A stretch of DNA of 64,000 nt, from assembly GCA_050230475.1 (NCBI GenBank), contig JBFLGF010000198.1:1-64000 (forward strand), read 5' to 3'. Source of the stretch: Ancylonema sp. Taxonomy: Eukaryota. Below, piece by piece: positions 38,582 through 51,143 of this stretch (position 1 is the stretch's first letter; every line of letters begins with the position of its first letter). Under the pieces are notes generated by a model. That model worked only from the letters and a program-made list of their open reading frames with translations, was not told where the DNA came from and did no database searches. Both the position numbers and the translations under genes were made by a program.

Positions 38582-40438
38582 TAAGAAGCTCAGCCCACCT
38601 CTTTTGACGAGGCACGATGTCGACACGAGGGTGCAGGCAAAGGTAGGGACGTGGATCGAGATGAGTGGCTGCACAAAAAAAGTGTCGCCATTCCTCACTC
38701 GGAAGTGCACGAACCCAGTGCCTGCTACCTTGTGTGACGAGCCGTCAGCAGTGGTGATGAAGGCCCTCTGCGTGCTCAGGTTTCTCATGGTCTGTAGCAC
38801 CTGAGTCTAGGATCAGGGAGTGTGTGTGAGAACCAGCAGACAATGCTCGAGCGACATCGAATGAGAAAGCACCGAAAGCCAAATAAACCACATTAGCGTC
38901 AAAGGGTTTGTCAGCAAAACGAGCAAGTCTTGCCTGTGCGTCAGCCCTACGAGCAGCTTCTGGGTTCATTAAAGCCATGTCAGATGTGCGTTTTCTACAT
39001 TGTTCAATCGTAACATTGTTGCAATATCTGCACTTCTGTCTCTGACGTCGTCACGCAGCAGCGCACTCACGATGTGGGGAATCGTGAACAGATGTGGAGA
39101 CGATTCCGACCACGGCATCACCGTCGAGACCATTGGGCTGTAATGGGTGTTTAGGGAGTTGAGCAGGTTGATCGCCTGCTTCGTAGGAGTTACTGGCGCG
39201 CCCAGATTCTTCAAATCTTGGTGTAGCTACTGCAGACGCTTAACATATACGTTGAGGTCCTCCGCCTCAGTCTGTATGATCGCGCTCAGCAACGCCTCGG
39301 TGTTCACGATCTCAATCGCACCCTGCACCTGGTAGAATGTCCTCTCAGGGCGTGTCCCACATTCCGGCAGCTGTCGTGCAGTCCGTGACGTGCGTCAGCT
39401 CCGAAGGTCCCAAATGTTTGACTATGTAGGACACATGGCAGCCAGATTATCCTCGTCCCATTTCTCGAGCGCTGCAGCAGCTGCTGGGAAATCTGCTGCT
39501 CGTCCCCTGACCAATCGTTCGACATCAACGTCGATCCCTCTGGCGGCAAATTGCAACTCGTTGTCTGGTGTCAATGGAAGTAGTACGTCTGGGCGACACC
39601 TTCGCGGCATGCTGTCCCAATCCATCACCAAATGATGCAGTTTTTTGTCTGCCAGCCCATACTTGACCTTGAAGGCCCATCCTGTATAATCTGCTCCAGT
39701 GAACTGTGGGATTTGCGACCTATCCGACATTGTGGCAGCAATTGTGTAGGATTTCTCGAAATTTCACTCTCAGCTCGAGCTCTCAGTGCAATTCCTGCAC
39801 TGCAGCACTCAGCTCGAATTCTTGCAACGCAAGGTGAAAATTACGTGCAGCCCTTAACAACTACGAATATATTTGCGCTCACTGGCAGAATATACCGTTC
39901 TCAGAGATAATTGCAGCGAAATCGCGTGGAGCCTTTAGTTTTCAACCAACACGGCGTCCGAACTAGACCGCACGTGGGCCCATAACCTATAAGCTTTTGA
40001 GTGATTAGACGTGCTGGTGGGCGACAAAACGAACCGTACGCAAAAGGATCTCTATCTCTATCACTGATGATCAACGAGTCAGGAGTTGCGTGTGTGGAAC
40101 GAAATATTATTGTGATTGCATCGGGGATGGTAATACCCGATGCGCTTTACAGAATGTTGTGTGCCGACGGTCGGCACAATTGACCGTCGAATTGACAAAC
40201 AGGACAGCTCTTCTACATGTCAACGGCACATGCCGGACATTTCTGACACGACTAAACAAGCCAATCACGACGCGTCAATCCAATAACGTCTCTAAGCGTC
40301 GGAAACCTGTCAGGTGCCCGGGCACAAACTTGCCCGGCCCCGCATATAGGCACATCTAGGAATATTGCTCCCGGTTAGTGTAACCGGTTACAACTGGACT
40401 AGCAAGCATAACATATGGCTATCCAAAATATTCCAACA
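38582..40438 (-). mobile_element. Second, truncated copy of the same copia family (5' LTR 39988-40438, PBS, gag, protease LILDSGATDH)
   Basis: Paralogous to about 36345-38581 but lacks the zinc-knuckle segment and stops abruptly at the middle LTR. Confidence 0.9.
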
Positions 40439-40839
40439 ATTTTGCGCCATGCCTGATGTCATTACCAAGGGAAGACCGGGACATGCGAGAGATTGGCCAA
40501 TCTGACTCTCGAATAGATGGGGTAACCGAAACGCGGTTCGGTACGATTTCTGTATGTCGAGCGTAGGGATCGGCGAGCGCAAAGAGCGAGCGCATGACCG
40601 CAGGATCATGCGCTCATGAGTGCATGAGTGCAGTCATCCCCGAAATCGGCCATAAGCGCGTATTTTCGAACTTTATCGATTTTCGTCGTTATAAATGACA
40701 AGTGCTGTTATAAAATATTTGCAACAATTAAAGTAAGATCTGATTTTTTTTTCAATCTAGCACATCAACAAAAGTATGTGTAGAAATTTTCAGAAGTGAA
40801 TTCCACGTATGCTAGCCTCTCGATCAAAGTGATTGATTT

Positions 40840-41135
40840 CAGTGCGCGCCGAGTCCGCCAGTCAAAATAGCCAGTCAATCAAATTAGCTGAGCTGTCGCA
40901 CGTGCTAGATGAATATCCTAGATTTACCGATCCTTATCTTCAGTCAAGTTGATTGCTTTACTCTCAGCCCTTGGATCAGATTTCGATCTCTAAGATTTCC
41001 GCGCACGAGTACCGCATCGTCGATTGTTTAAAAACAAAAATCGTTTTCGTAATTAATAGCTTCCGCTATCAGATTACGCTCTCTGAATTTCAAACATATT
41101 TTTTGCAACTATCCATCTCTTGCACTCTCTGTGAT
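40840..41135 (+). repeat. Diverged fragment related to the putative LTR at 49494-50836
   Basis: Shared blocks CAGTGCGCGCC, GATT(T/A)CCGCGC, GTCGATTGT, CTGAATTTCAA and CTCTGTGA, in the same order as at 49944-50226. Confidence 0.5.
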
Positions 41136-41199
41136 GGTGTAGTTGTGCTTGCTAGTAACGATCCTATTCGATACGACAAATTCTTTCCCTTTTTCTCCG

Positions 41200-42090
41200 T
41201 CCACATTTATAAGAATACTCCCTGATTTAGTAACAAGTCTTTGTCCTCCGACAGTTCGCACCATAAATTCTTCTTTTGGCTTCTCGAGATGACTCAAGGA
41301 CTCGATGTCACTGCGCAAATGATGTGAGGCTCTTGAGTCTGCGAGCCCATTCACTTTCATGGTTTTCATTCCCTTCGACTGTCACTATCTCGCTCTCCGG
41401 CTTCATTTGTAGCGTCATGCACTCATATCTGACATGTGTTTCTCTCTTCTTGCTTCTCGCTTCTCGCCTCATTCCCTAAAATTTGAGAGGCTTTAAGACC
41501 ACCCCCTCCCTAGGATCTACACTTCTCCCTCCAAAAATATCGATTTTTCAAACACATAGTTTACTTTTCAAATACCAGTCCAATCAAAACACAATTGCCC
41601 CTCATAATTTTCTGGCTCACTAGCTTTGTGAGCATGTGAGCAACCTGCTTCTCACTCTTGACAAACTGCAAAGGGATTTGCTTCTTGGCCACCCTGTCGC
41701 GGATAGAGTGGTACTTAATCTCGATATGTTTGGATCGTCGATGAAAGACTGGAATTTCAGCCAGTTTCATCGAAGACTCATTGTCCCCCAACATCAACAC
41801 TCTACCGGTGGAAGGGATCCCCAATTCCTCTTGTATTTGACTGAGGTACATCGCCTATTCCCTACATTGCTCAAAGCCACATATTCAGTATCGCAGCAGC
41901 TGTAACTGACCGTCTCCAGGAGACTACTGCGCCAACCGAAAGCTGCCCCCCTACAGATGAAAGCAAACCAACCCCTTCCATTTCGAGTGTCACCATTCCC
42001 AGCATGACTAGCGTCACTATACCCCCAGACTGGCAAGTCACCCTCTTTCTTGTATGTCAAACCCAAATTGTAAAATCGATAAAACGGCAA
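41200..42090 (-). mobile_element. Copia debris from another family: RNase H C-terminus (41561-42090), purine tract (about 41500-41535) and protease fragment (LADSRASHHL)
   Basis: GYSDASHAG, SCCDTEY, GDNESSMKLAEIPVFHRRSKHIEIKYHSIRD. Confidence 0.85.
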
Positions 42091-42913
42091 GTCGGTATGA
42101 ATAATTATAATTGGACGAAATAAATAGTCGAGTTATCAATTTGGTAGATATCGGGATAACGACTACACATTATGAGTTTGTGACTCCGGTCGGCGACGCC
42201 GCATTTTTGTGGATAAGGTATAAAGATATTTTGTAGGACAATAATTAGAGAAGGATAGAGGCAGGAACGTGAACATTGAAAACACAATTACGATCAAGCA
42301 TTTTACCCATTCTCCTTGTCGCCGCTAAATTCTAAGGTTAAGGTTTATGTAATTGGTGAATTCAATGCGATAGTGAATAAATAATATTTCACTCATCGAA
42401 GCCATACGGGCTACACAAGACAATATTGCACTACGCGAGCAAACATTAGGCTCAGAAAGATTAAGCAAAGTTTCGAGATATCAAGTGCTTCTTTTCTTGA
42501 CGTAATCTGTGTTATGGTGCATTACTTAATTTATGAGTGTGTGAATGATACATCGATCTGTATAGATGGTAGAATCAAGTGTCAAATCAAGGACTCGCAA
42601 ACCAATCGAATCGCGCATCCGCACGGCACGATTCGAGCGGAGCAAACGAAAATTGACGGGCGGATCGAACCATATTTGATTCCGATGTTTCAAATCTGAC
42701 GGCCGGACTGCGCTCCACGGAGTTGGGACGGGCTCGTCAATAAATCGTAGGGTTCGACGTTTTCGCGAGCCAAAAACTTGGCCTGACTTGAAATCAAGAA
42801 TGGTCGGGAACTAGGGAAGGGATGGAACAATAGAGTTTTTGGTCACCTACGGGTGCTACATACCCGGCACTTACATCTTTTACCCAGATAATGTCTGGTG
42901 TATGTATGCTAAC

Positions 42914-44291
42914 TCATATTGTCCACGATATTGCACATTCATTTGTGAGTGGTACAATACGTAGCCAAGATCTTCCATGGCCCTTAAAAACTTCACGACG
43001 GGTTTCGGATCCTTTCATAGAATGCACGCAACCAAGGCACACTTCTTCAAATAATTCATAAAATATCAATGACTTCCACCCCTCAAAACCGAGAAAAAAA
43101 AACTCCACAAGCAGCAGCACAAGCATAGCAACTGCACTTACCCGTGAAACTCAACGATTCCCAAAAGAGCCCTTCCACTCCGATACACCTTCAACTTCTC
43201 CAACCCTAAAAACGCTTCCAGCTCACACCCCTCGCAGTCAATATTTAGAAAGTCCATATATGGGTGGTTAAGAATAGATGATAAATGGTCCAGTCTCTTG
43301 AGTGACGACCCATTCTCCACACTCTCATCTCCCACGGCCCCTACACCGACAACATGAAATTTGAGTGAATCACTCACTATGTTCATGTGAGAAAGCAGAA
43401 TCAGTGCTTGTATAATGAAATCGAAAATACTTCGATGCTCTATATTGATATTTTTTGTTGTAAGAAACATTTGAGTGAATAAATAAGTTGATTTGAAGTT
43501 GTGGTTAGGGAGATATCGATTTTACAAATATAGCGTTTGAGTGCTAATTAGGTGGGCGGATAATATTAGGTCGAAACTTTGAAGTGACCGATACGCGTCG
43601 TCTGTGGTCAGAATTGAGTAATTATTTGTGTGATGTGTTTCATTTAGAGATATGCACGTGGTGACAGTAGTTGGCATATTTTGGACATATGTAAGTTTTG
43701 GCTGGTCAACGTGTCGACGTTTGTAGTCACTAGTTAAGACATTGTGACACGTAGTGACACGTAGGTGACAAGTGGATAGCATCATAGGCTTGGGGCTGTC
43801 AAGTGCAGCATAGCATCTTTTTAAGATTCGTGTGTGGTATTAGACGCATTTACTAAGGGTCTTTGGAACCCAGACATTTCTTTAATGACTTTGAAAGATT
43901 ATATTGTCGAAGTATTCATGGCGTTTTGTTGGATGAGTTCAGAATTGCACATATGAGTACTTGACTTTTAATTAAGAAGAGTAGTGCAGTTCAACATGTC
44001 ATAGTTCAATTGAGCCTTCTGGTTTGCGTCCAAAGTCGGATCGAATGTGAAGGTCCGAACGCCGAACGGAGAGGGCATTGCCACCTCAAACGAAGGCTCG
44101 CCGTTGCTTCCCACACTAGAGACGGACAATTTTGGAGACGGGGGACAATGAGTACTGACAGCCTTCTGCCGGACATCTGTTTCTTTGGGAACCCCTAATT
44201 CCTTATCCGAACCCCTGTTGTTATACCTGTATATGATTGGAGCAGTCTTCTTCAACTCCCGGCTCCAATAGATGTAAAGTATACAACACAA
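42914..44291 (-). pseudogene. Probable Methyltransf_22/METTL24-like SAM-dependent methyltransferase remnant
   Basis: VSSVGSNGEPSFEVAM...TFTFDPT and LKFHVVGVG...MDFLNIDCEGCE motifs in two separated ORFs. No clean full gene model could be built. Confidence 0.55.
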
Positions 44292-46565
44292 ACAACAAGC
44301 AATCCTTCTTTTGAATTGCGCTCATAATCACATTATATATCGCCTCCAAAAAAATGTTACAAAATACTACATAATTAAAGATATGCATTTGTATTTCATC
44401 CAATCGGGGAAGAGAATCTACCCAAGTGAGTTTATTATGATTTTTCGCGAGAAACGTTCGTATTCCTTAGCATTGTAGTTTTTTTTACAATTTTTTTTTG
44501 TATTTTTTTATCCATTTTTGTTTACTACAAAATATATACACTAAGGAAACAACAATATCCACGGAAAATAAAATCGGAGATTTTGAACACGGAAAACGTC
44601 TTAGAATCCTAAAAAACATCACCCCGAATAACTTCACCGGAATTTTGGCTTGAAAGAACGGACAGTTGTCCGGTTTTCGCATCTCAAAACCCCGATCCGC
44701 CGTTCCGTGAAATTATGGATTTTTGGCCTATGAGGGCGGATCCCGGTCCGGAAACGGGACCTCGGAATCCCGGTTCGCCGGTCTGTGCAACGATGATACG
44801 AATCGAGGTTTGTGTTGCACACAAACGTTAAATCAAAATTAATGGATGATTGTTAAATCACACATTCGCACACATTCGTAATTGCTTACCACATTTTAAA
44901 AAAATGAGAAATTCAATCATTGTATAAGAGTCTCAAACACTCACTCCGCAAACTCGGATGCAATGAGCTTGTCACCACATGGTATTGCCATTGGTGTCAC
45001 GCAACTTTTGGTAGTGAAAGTTTTGAGCGAGAGTTATAATTCGTCAACCAATCGTCAATGAGAACACACCACCACTTAGCAATATTAAACATATAACAAA
45101 CTTATTGTAAGTCGAACAGTATAACTGGGTTGCGTGATATGAGTTTCGACGATTGGAACGAAGAATCTCCCAAAACCAAGAATGTACAAATATGACATTA
45201 AAGCTATTACGAGGAACTTAACGAGGTAGCTTGTGCAAACGAAAAGATACTTACGAATCCAAGTAACATAGTAATCGAAGTAATTTATATAATCGGGGTG
45301 CACACCGAAAGTGAATGTCGGATACGAGTCATCCGTGCGCTATAAAATATTCAGCCAAAATGTTTTGGGACAACGATCTTATCGGTGTTTCTTGCTTTGA
45401 AATGGACTTCTCGCGTATCACCATAAACCTCAAACAGAAGTCCTTGATTTCTTGTGCTCCATAGAAATCAGCGCGAGCAACGAGTTCAATCACATTGTCT
45501 ACCGTTACAAACTTTGGACGGAGTCGTACAACATGCTTTTGGAATACCTCGACTTGGTACTTATCAGCAAGACCCCATAACTCAGCTAAATGTTTGTCGA
45601 GAGACTCGCGGGAAATTTCTTGATAGTAGAGGTAGTGCACGAAGGCCCTCACGGCCGGGCCATAAAAATCTGAGATGATGATGTTCTTGGAGGTGGACTC
45701 ACTCATCCCACTTTCCAACATCTTCTTGAACACGGGTGACATCACAATCTGACATCACAATAATAACATCACAATGGTGACATCACAATCTGAACCACAG
45801 GTTGAAAAAGGTAACTACACTAGCATTGATTGTCGTGTGTTGAAATTGATGCGAGTACACTAAGTTTGCAATCATTAATTATGTACCGATAAATTTGGTA
45901 TTCATCGGTAAGAAGGAATAAACTGTCGCGGTCTGCAATAGAGCATGCATGATGGCATTAACGACCTTCAAGATAAAGTCAATGCAACTAATCGAAATAG
46001 TTGTTGATACTGAAATCAACGGCGTACCAGCACAAGTTTGTGTGCCTTGATAAATGTGTTGTCTTCGGCGTGGATAGTCACGTCGGGAGATATTCCCTCT
46101 TCAAAAAGTAGTTGCATTTTTTCGGTGAAGAAGTTATTCGATACCGCCATCAATGCCGATAGTGGAACCTGTCAAAATTGTATTTGGAATTCATCGATTG
46201 GACTCTGATCGTGTCTAGGAATTAATATCGAAGTTGAGGCTCGGGGACCGCTACGTCATTTGTGACCGAACAGCATGAAGAGGTTACTTCACGGGGAAAA
46301 AAGAGTGATGTTTTCTCGTTGTGCACATCGCATTTAATCTTAATAATAATAAATCGGTTCTTTTTATTTGTTGTCATCGTTGAAAAGAGCAAGCACAACC
46401 TAATTAAACAATACGGGGGGGGGGGGGGGGGGGGGGCCGACGCAATTTTTTTACAAACCTGATTAAACTTTAGAACGAGAGAAGACGTTTGAGGAGGTAG
46501 AGGCAAGGTCCACCGGAACGCTGACTTGACATCCACATCCACCTACACAGCACGACTTGAAGAGA

Positions 46566-47400
46566 TGTGAGGCTGGTGTGACTGGTTTTGTAAACACGAT
46601 GCGCGTAGAAAATGGGATCAGATCGTAGGAGCAGGTACTGATCAATGATGAGAGACACGTGGATGAAGTTGTCGAAATAGTAAATCTCGACAAAATGTGA
46701 TATCAAGATGTTCTTATTGAATCGTATAAGAACCGGCATAAATGAATGAGTATTCGGTGATACTTTACGTCCTATAGCATACCTCAAGCAAAATCTTGAA
46801 AGTCAGCTCCTTGTTCACTACGTATCCTTCGGCTGGTGTAAATACACGAGACATCGTCGGCTTTGGCTCACTGTCGGATTTTAACGGGTCCCAACGGAGT
46901 TCTCCCGATACCGAGCCTGCTTGTACGTGATGTGTCGATAAGATTAAGGATTAGTATTATCGTCTTGTGTGACGCCTGCCGTAACTTGTGCTGCCTGGCT
47001 AAAGGAGCTAACTTTGCTCTCAAAAATTCAATCAGAGTTTTACGATCCTCAAGTTCTTCTTGTGTTGAAGTTATCTTGTTCTCTGTGCGTTACTTGATTC
47101 ATGTGTGAGTGACTACTACATCAATCTGCATTCATGGCAAAATCCAGTAGTAACAGTGGTATCAAAGTTGTTTCCATCAAAATGATGAAGGTTAACTGTT
47201 CTTTGATTGGCCTCCAGTTTGAAAAGTAAAGTTTTGTTTCTTGAAAAATCGATACTTTGGAGGGGGAGTGAGTTCCCAGGGAGGGGGTGTTAAATTTGAA
47301 CTGGGAACTATGTTTGTCGATGTTTTGTCGTTATATCGATTTTTGAGTAGCGTCGATTTAGCGAAAGATTTAATGATAGTCTTTCTTGTTTCTGGCCAAG
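46566..47400 (+). mobile_element. Internally deleted copia remnant: LTR end (..TAACA 47155), tRNA-iMet PBS, last codons of pol, PPT, start of 3' LTR (TGTTA 47288)
   Basis: TGGTATCAAAGT at 47157-47168. VSIKMMKVNCSLIGLQFEK* matches VSQKIMRGNCVLIGLVFEK* at 41561. GGGAGGGGG precedes TGTTA. Left boundary uncertain. Confidence 0.65.
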
Positions 47401-47416
47401 AGATCAACATCTCACC

Positions 47417-48724
47417 GTGCCTCGATATCCTTACCTCATCACCCAACAAGTATTGCCTGCAACATTTTCACCCCAGCAGTTAGCCGAGGAAACTCCGAGA
47501 ATCTACACACCCCGTAGCGTGAATGCTGTCGCCACCATCCGCGAGGAGCAACTCACCATGGGTCAACGATTGCTGCGTTTGGGAAACCACAAAATCATGC
47601 AGGACTTCACCCTTTCCCCACCCAGGCTTCATTGGAACGGACGCAAGTTTCAGGGAGCGAAACCTATGCCAGCTGGCATCGCACCCCTTTCGCTTCACCC
47701 GTCCATCCTAAGCAAAGGCGTGCACATCTACAAACCATTTGGGGGATCCGACATCAGCATCCTCTACCTCCACTTGGAATGCGGTGACTTTGTGCGGACT
47801 TACACGACGGAGGTGGAGAGCAAGGCAGACGAACAGGCCGTGTACTTCGCCCTGCAGAAAGCTCAACGACAATTCCCTTGACAACTCCCCGACAGCGCGA
47901 TCGCAGGTTGCTGCAGTCGTTTGGGGAGCACCATCATTGAAGAAACGGCAGAACCAGCCTTCACGCGCCTCAACAACGAGCGTGGCCAAATCGAAATTGT
48001 GGGGGGGAATTGGAACAGAGAAACGGAGGTCACCTTTAGTCCACTTAGGAGGGGCTTCGATCACCGTGTGTACCCTTTCCTCGCTCTGCTCAAGGTTTTG
48101 CAAAACCTCTCAGACATCCAGGACCACCCTCCTCGTTACAATCTTTTCACCCACATGTTTTTGGATTCAACAGTCTGGGTCGCAGAGATGTACCCTTTGG
48201 TTCCCACTTTCCTTGGACACCCAGCCGTCATCGAGGCAACCGCGGTCAACTCCAACAACCGCCGCTCAACCCTTGTGTGGCAGAACCACATGCCAACCCG
48301 CCTTCTTGAGGCTTGCTTGCCTGGTGAAACCATTGGATGCCAACTTACAGACATTTTGGAACCAGGCCGTGTCCCGACACCAGTGCTTGCCAGTGATGTG
48401 CAACCCCCGATTGTAAACATTGCTGGGCAACCCCGACGTGCGTTCCCGCCTATCACCCCATACCCCGATAGTTTTGACTTCACCATCGATCCGGCCACCG
48501 GTCACCCAGGCGAGGGCATGGTGTATGAACAACAATCTGGCACCTACATTACACCCTCACCTTCTGATCTGGAACTGTCCATGGGCTTCACCCCGGGAGC
48601 CACCGCAGGACCTGTGGGAATGATCCGCACCGCTGCTCAGCGTCGCAACACCCTTGGTTTGTCCCTCGATCGCCACGTCACCCATTGGCTGGCATCGATC
48701 ATCATGGCAACCTACAACCCATAG
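47417..48724 (+). pseudogene. Retrotransposon-type DNA (cytosine-5) methyltransferase, DNMT3-like, decayed
   Basis: Two ORFs in the same frame separated by one TGA (47879-47881). Ordered C5-MTase-like blocks GVHIYKPFGG (motif I), QFP*QLPDSAI, IEIVGGNW (motif IV position), PPRY, LGHPAVIEATAVNSNNRRSTLVWQN (motif VIII), LTDILEPGR, NIAGQPRRAFP, GEGMVYE, ELSMGFTPGAT, RRNTLGLSLD (motifs IX-X). Intronless. Confidence 0.75.
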
Positions 48725-49493
48725 GGACAACGCCTCACCTCAACTCTCAGGTATTCTCCACCATCCTTGTTGAGGCAGAGGGCCAACTCAACCAAAGTTA
48801 CAATACAATGCACCTTGTCACCCAACCAATGCATGTGAAACCCAAGCAACAAAACAAAAAGAAGAAACCCGTACGATCAGTTCTCCTTGCGCCATTAGCA
48901 ATTCCACCACCTGTTAATGACGAACCTTGGAAAACCACCAATGCATTTTCTTCCGTATCTAGTTCACCCCGAGTATCGACATCTTCGACCACTATTTACC
49001 CTTGCTCTCAGCCAGCCATCACTCAAACACAGTCCCTCGCTGCACATGCAACCAAGTTACTTCAAACTGAAAAAGAAATTTTGGAATTTTTGGCAGAAGT
49101 TCCAGATTTGATTTGTCACTCACCACCTCTCTCGGAAGAAACCTCACGTTGTACACCTTGGCGAGTAACCACAGTAGATAATGACCCTGTGTCAACCCCT
49201 GCTGTCTCACGTCAACAATCCATAGTTTCTTTCAGGGCAATTTCCTTCACCCTTGCATGCCATTCAACTACAGTTTGACTCAGGCAGCTCTCATCATGCC
49301 GACTACTGGAAACCAATGCAATTCGGACTTCCTAACCAACCTGGCCGTGTGTGCACTGCATTTGAGAAAACCTATGTCTCGACAATGAACAACAAGAAAC
49401 CCGGCATTCTGCAATACATCCTAACCTTGCTCCACATCATCTGTCCATGTGTCCCAGCCTCCGACGCAGAGCTTTCGTAGCTAGGGGGGGGAG

Positions 49494-50836
49494 TGAGATC
49501 CAGATGATGACCAAAGGCCCAATCCTGATGCTGCTCATCTAGACAAGCAGCAAAGTCATCAACAACATCCGTCACTTTCATCGACGCAGAAAAATATAAA
49601 AAGTCAAGTTTTGCAGATTTTTCCAAAATCTGTAGATATCTTTGTTTTTGAGGGATTTCGTCGACAGGCTGTCTGCCGAATCCATCTGGCACGTCAGTTG
49701 TCATGCCGCTAGAGATCGTTAGAAAGTAAAGTCTTTTTAATTGTTGATCCGCTTGAAAAATAGCAATTTTGGTAATTGTCGATTTTTAGTCGTTATATAT
49801 ATGAGTTTCGATCAGTCAGACGTTTGATTTGATAATTTTGTTATTACATTTGTTTAATACTCAGTCAATCTAGAAAATTCGTTGTACCACTTTTTAGATT
49901 TTAATTCGGAGTATTTTGTCGTATCGACGAGTTAGTAGATTCCCAGTGCGCGCCAAGTTTATCTCAGTCAGCCAGCCTGGCATTTGAACCGCCGCACGTG
50001 TTAAATCTAGAACTCTAGAACAGACAGTCACGATTAGCTGTCTAGTCGATATTTTTTTTCAACCATAGATCAAGATAAGATCTAGATTACCGCGCGTGTG
50101 AAACGGCGCGTCGATTGTACTAAAGCCTAAGTCGCTTTCTCCTTTCTGAACTGCTTCTGTCGTCATACGCTGTCTGTCTGAATTTCAACAACTCTTTGCA
50201 ATCGCCATCTTTGCAATCTCTGTGAATTCGTGTATTCTGCAATCGTCAACAATCGCTATCAAGTGTGCCGTTTCGCCTTTGATATCCCCTGTGAATTTTT
50301 GCAAACTTCGCATCGCTACATCCAACCGTAGGTTCTTCGAAATTGCCTGTTTGCTTGTGCGTGCTGTCGCATCTCAAGTATTACAAAAATTAGTGTGCCG
50401 TTTTGCATACGCATCGTGTGAAATTCTGCCGTAGGCAGAATTATCGTTACCCTTGCAAAATCGTGACCCTTGCAAGTCGTTGATTGTCAGTCGTTTTGTT
50501 GACGTCAGAAATCGTTACAATTAGCTGCACCGTTTCGTGCGAGCTCAGTCAGACAACCAGATATTGTGAATTCCTTTGAATTGCCTGCACCCGTTACAGA
50601 TCTAGTGAATCGTTTTATTCACGACAACGTTTGATTCCTGACACCAATAGTGAGTGCGCAGACCGTCGCAACCAACTATCATCCATTGTGCACCCTTTTA
50701 GAAATTCTATAGCTATTTACCTTGTTTTCTCTTTATTCGTAGTTGTCAACTGTTGTGAAGTACGATAACCTGCAACGCCTGATTAACCTTAGTGTTGTTT
50801 CTAGACCTCCCACCACTAAGCGATGAGTGCATCTCA
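49494..50836 (+). repeat. Putative 3' LTR of the methyltransferase-bearing element
   Basis: Preceded by purine tract AGGGGGGGGAG (49483-49493); starts TGAGAT, with a candidate end ATCTCA at 50831-50836. The first 200 bp or so are repeated at 50941-51143. Confidence 0.5.
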
Positions 50837-50940
50837 GCTTTCAACTTCGTTGATAAGTCACATACCGTGCTTGAATTACATTCTTTTGTGGTCAGTAGGG
50901 ATTCAACCTACACCAATCTACTCTAAACTAACAAGCGGAG

Positions 50941-51143
50941 TGAGATCCAGATGATGACCAAAGTCCCAATCCTGATGCTGCTCATCCAGACAAGCAGCCA
51001 AGTTATCAACCGACATCCGTCATTTTCATCGACGCAAAAAATATGAAAAGTCAAGTTTTGCAGATTTTTCCAAAATCTGTCGATTTCTTTGTTTTTGAGA
51101 GATTTCGTCGACAGGCTGTCTGCCAACTCCATCTGGCACGTCA
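50941..51143 (+). repeat. Direct repeat of 49494-49697 (truncated LTR start)
   Basis: TGAGATCCAGATGATGACCAAAG...CCATCTGGCACGTCA is present twice. Confidence 0.88.
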
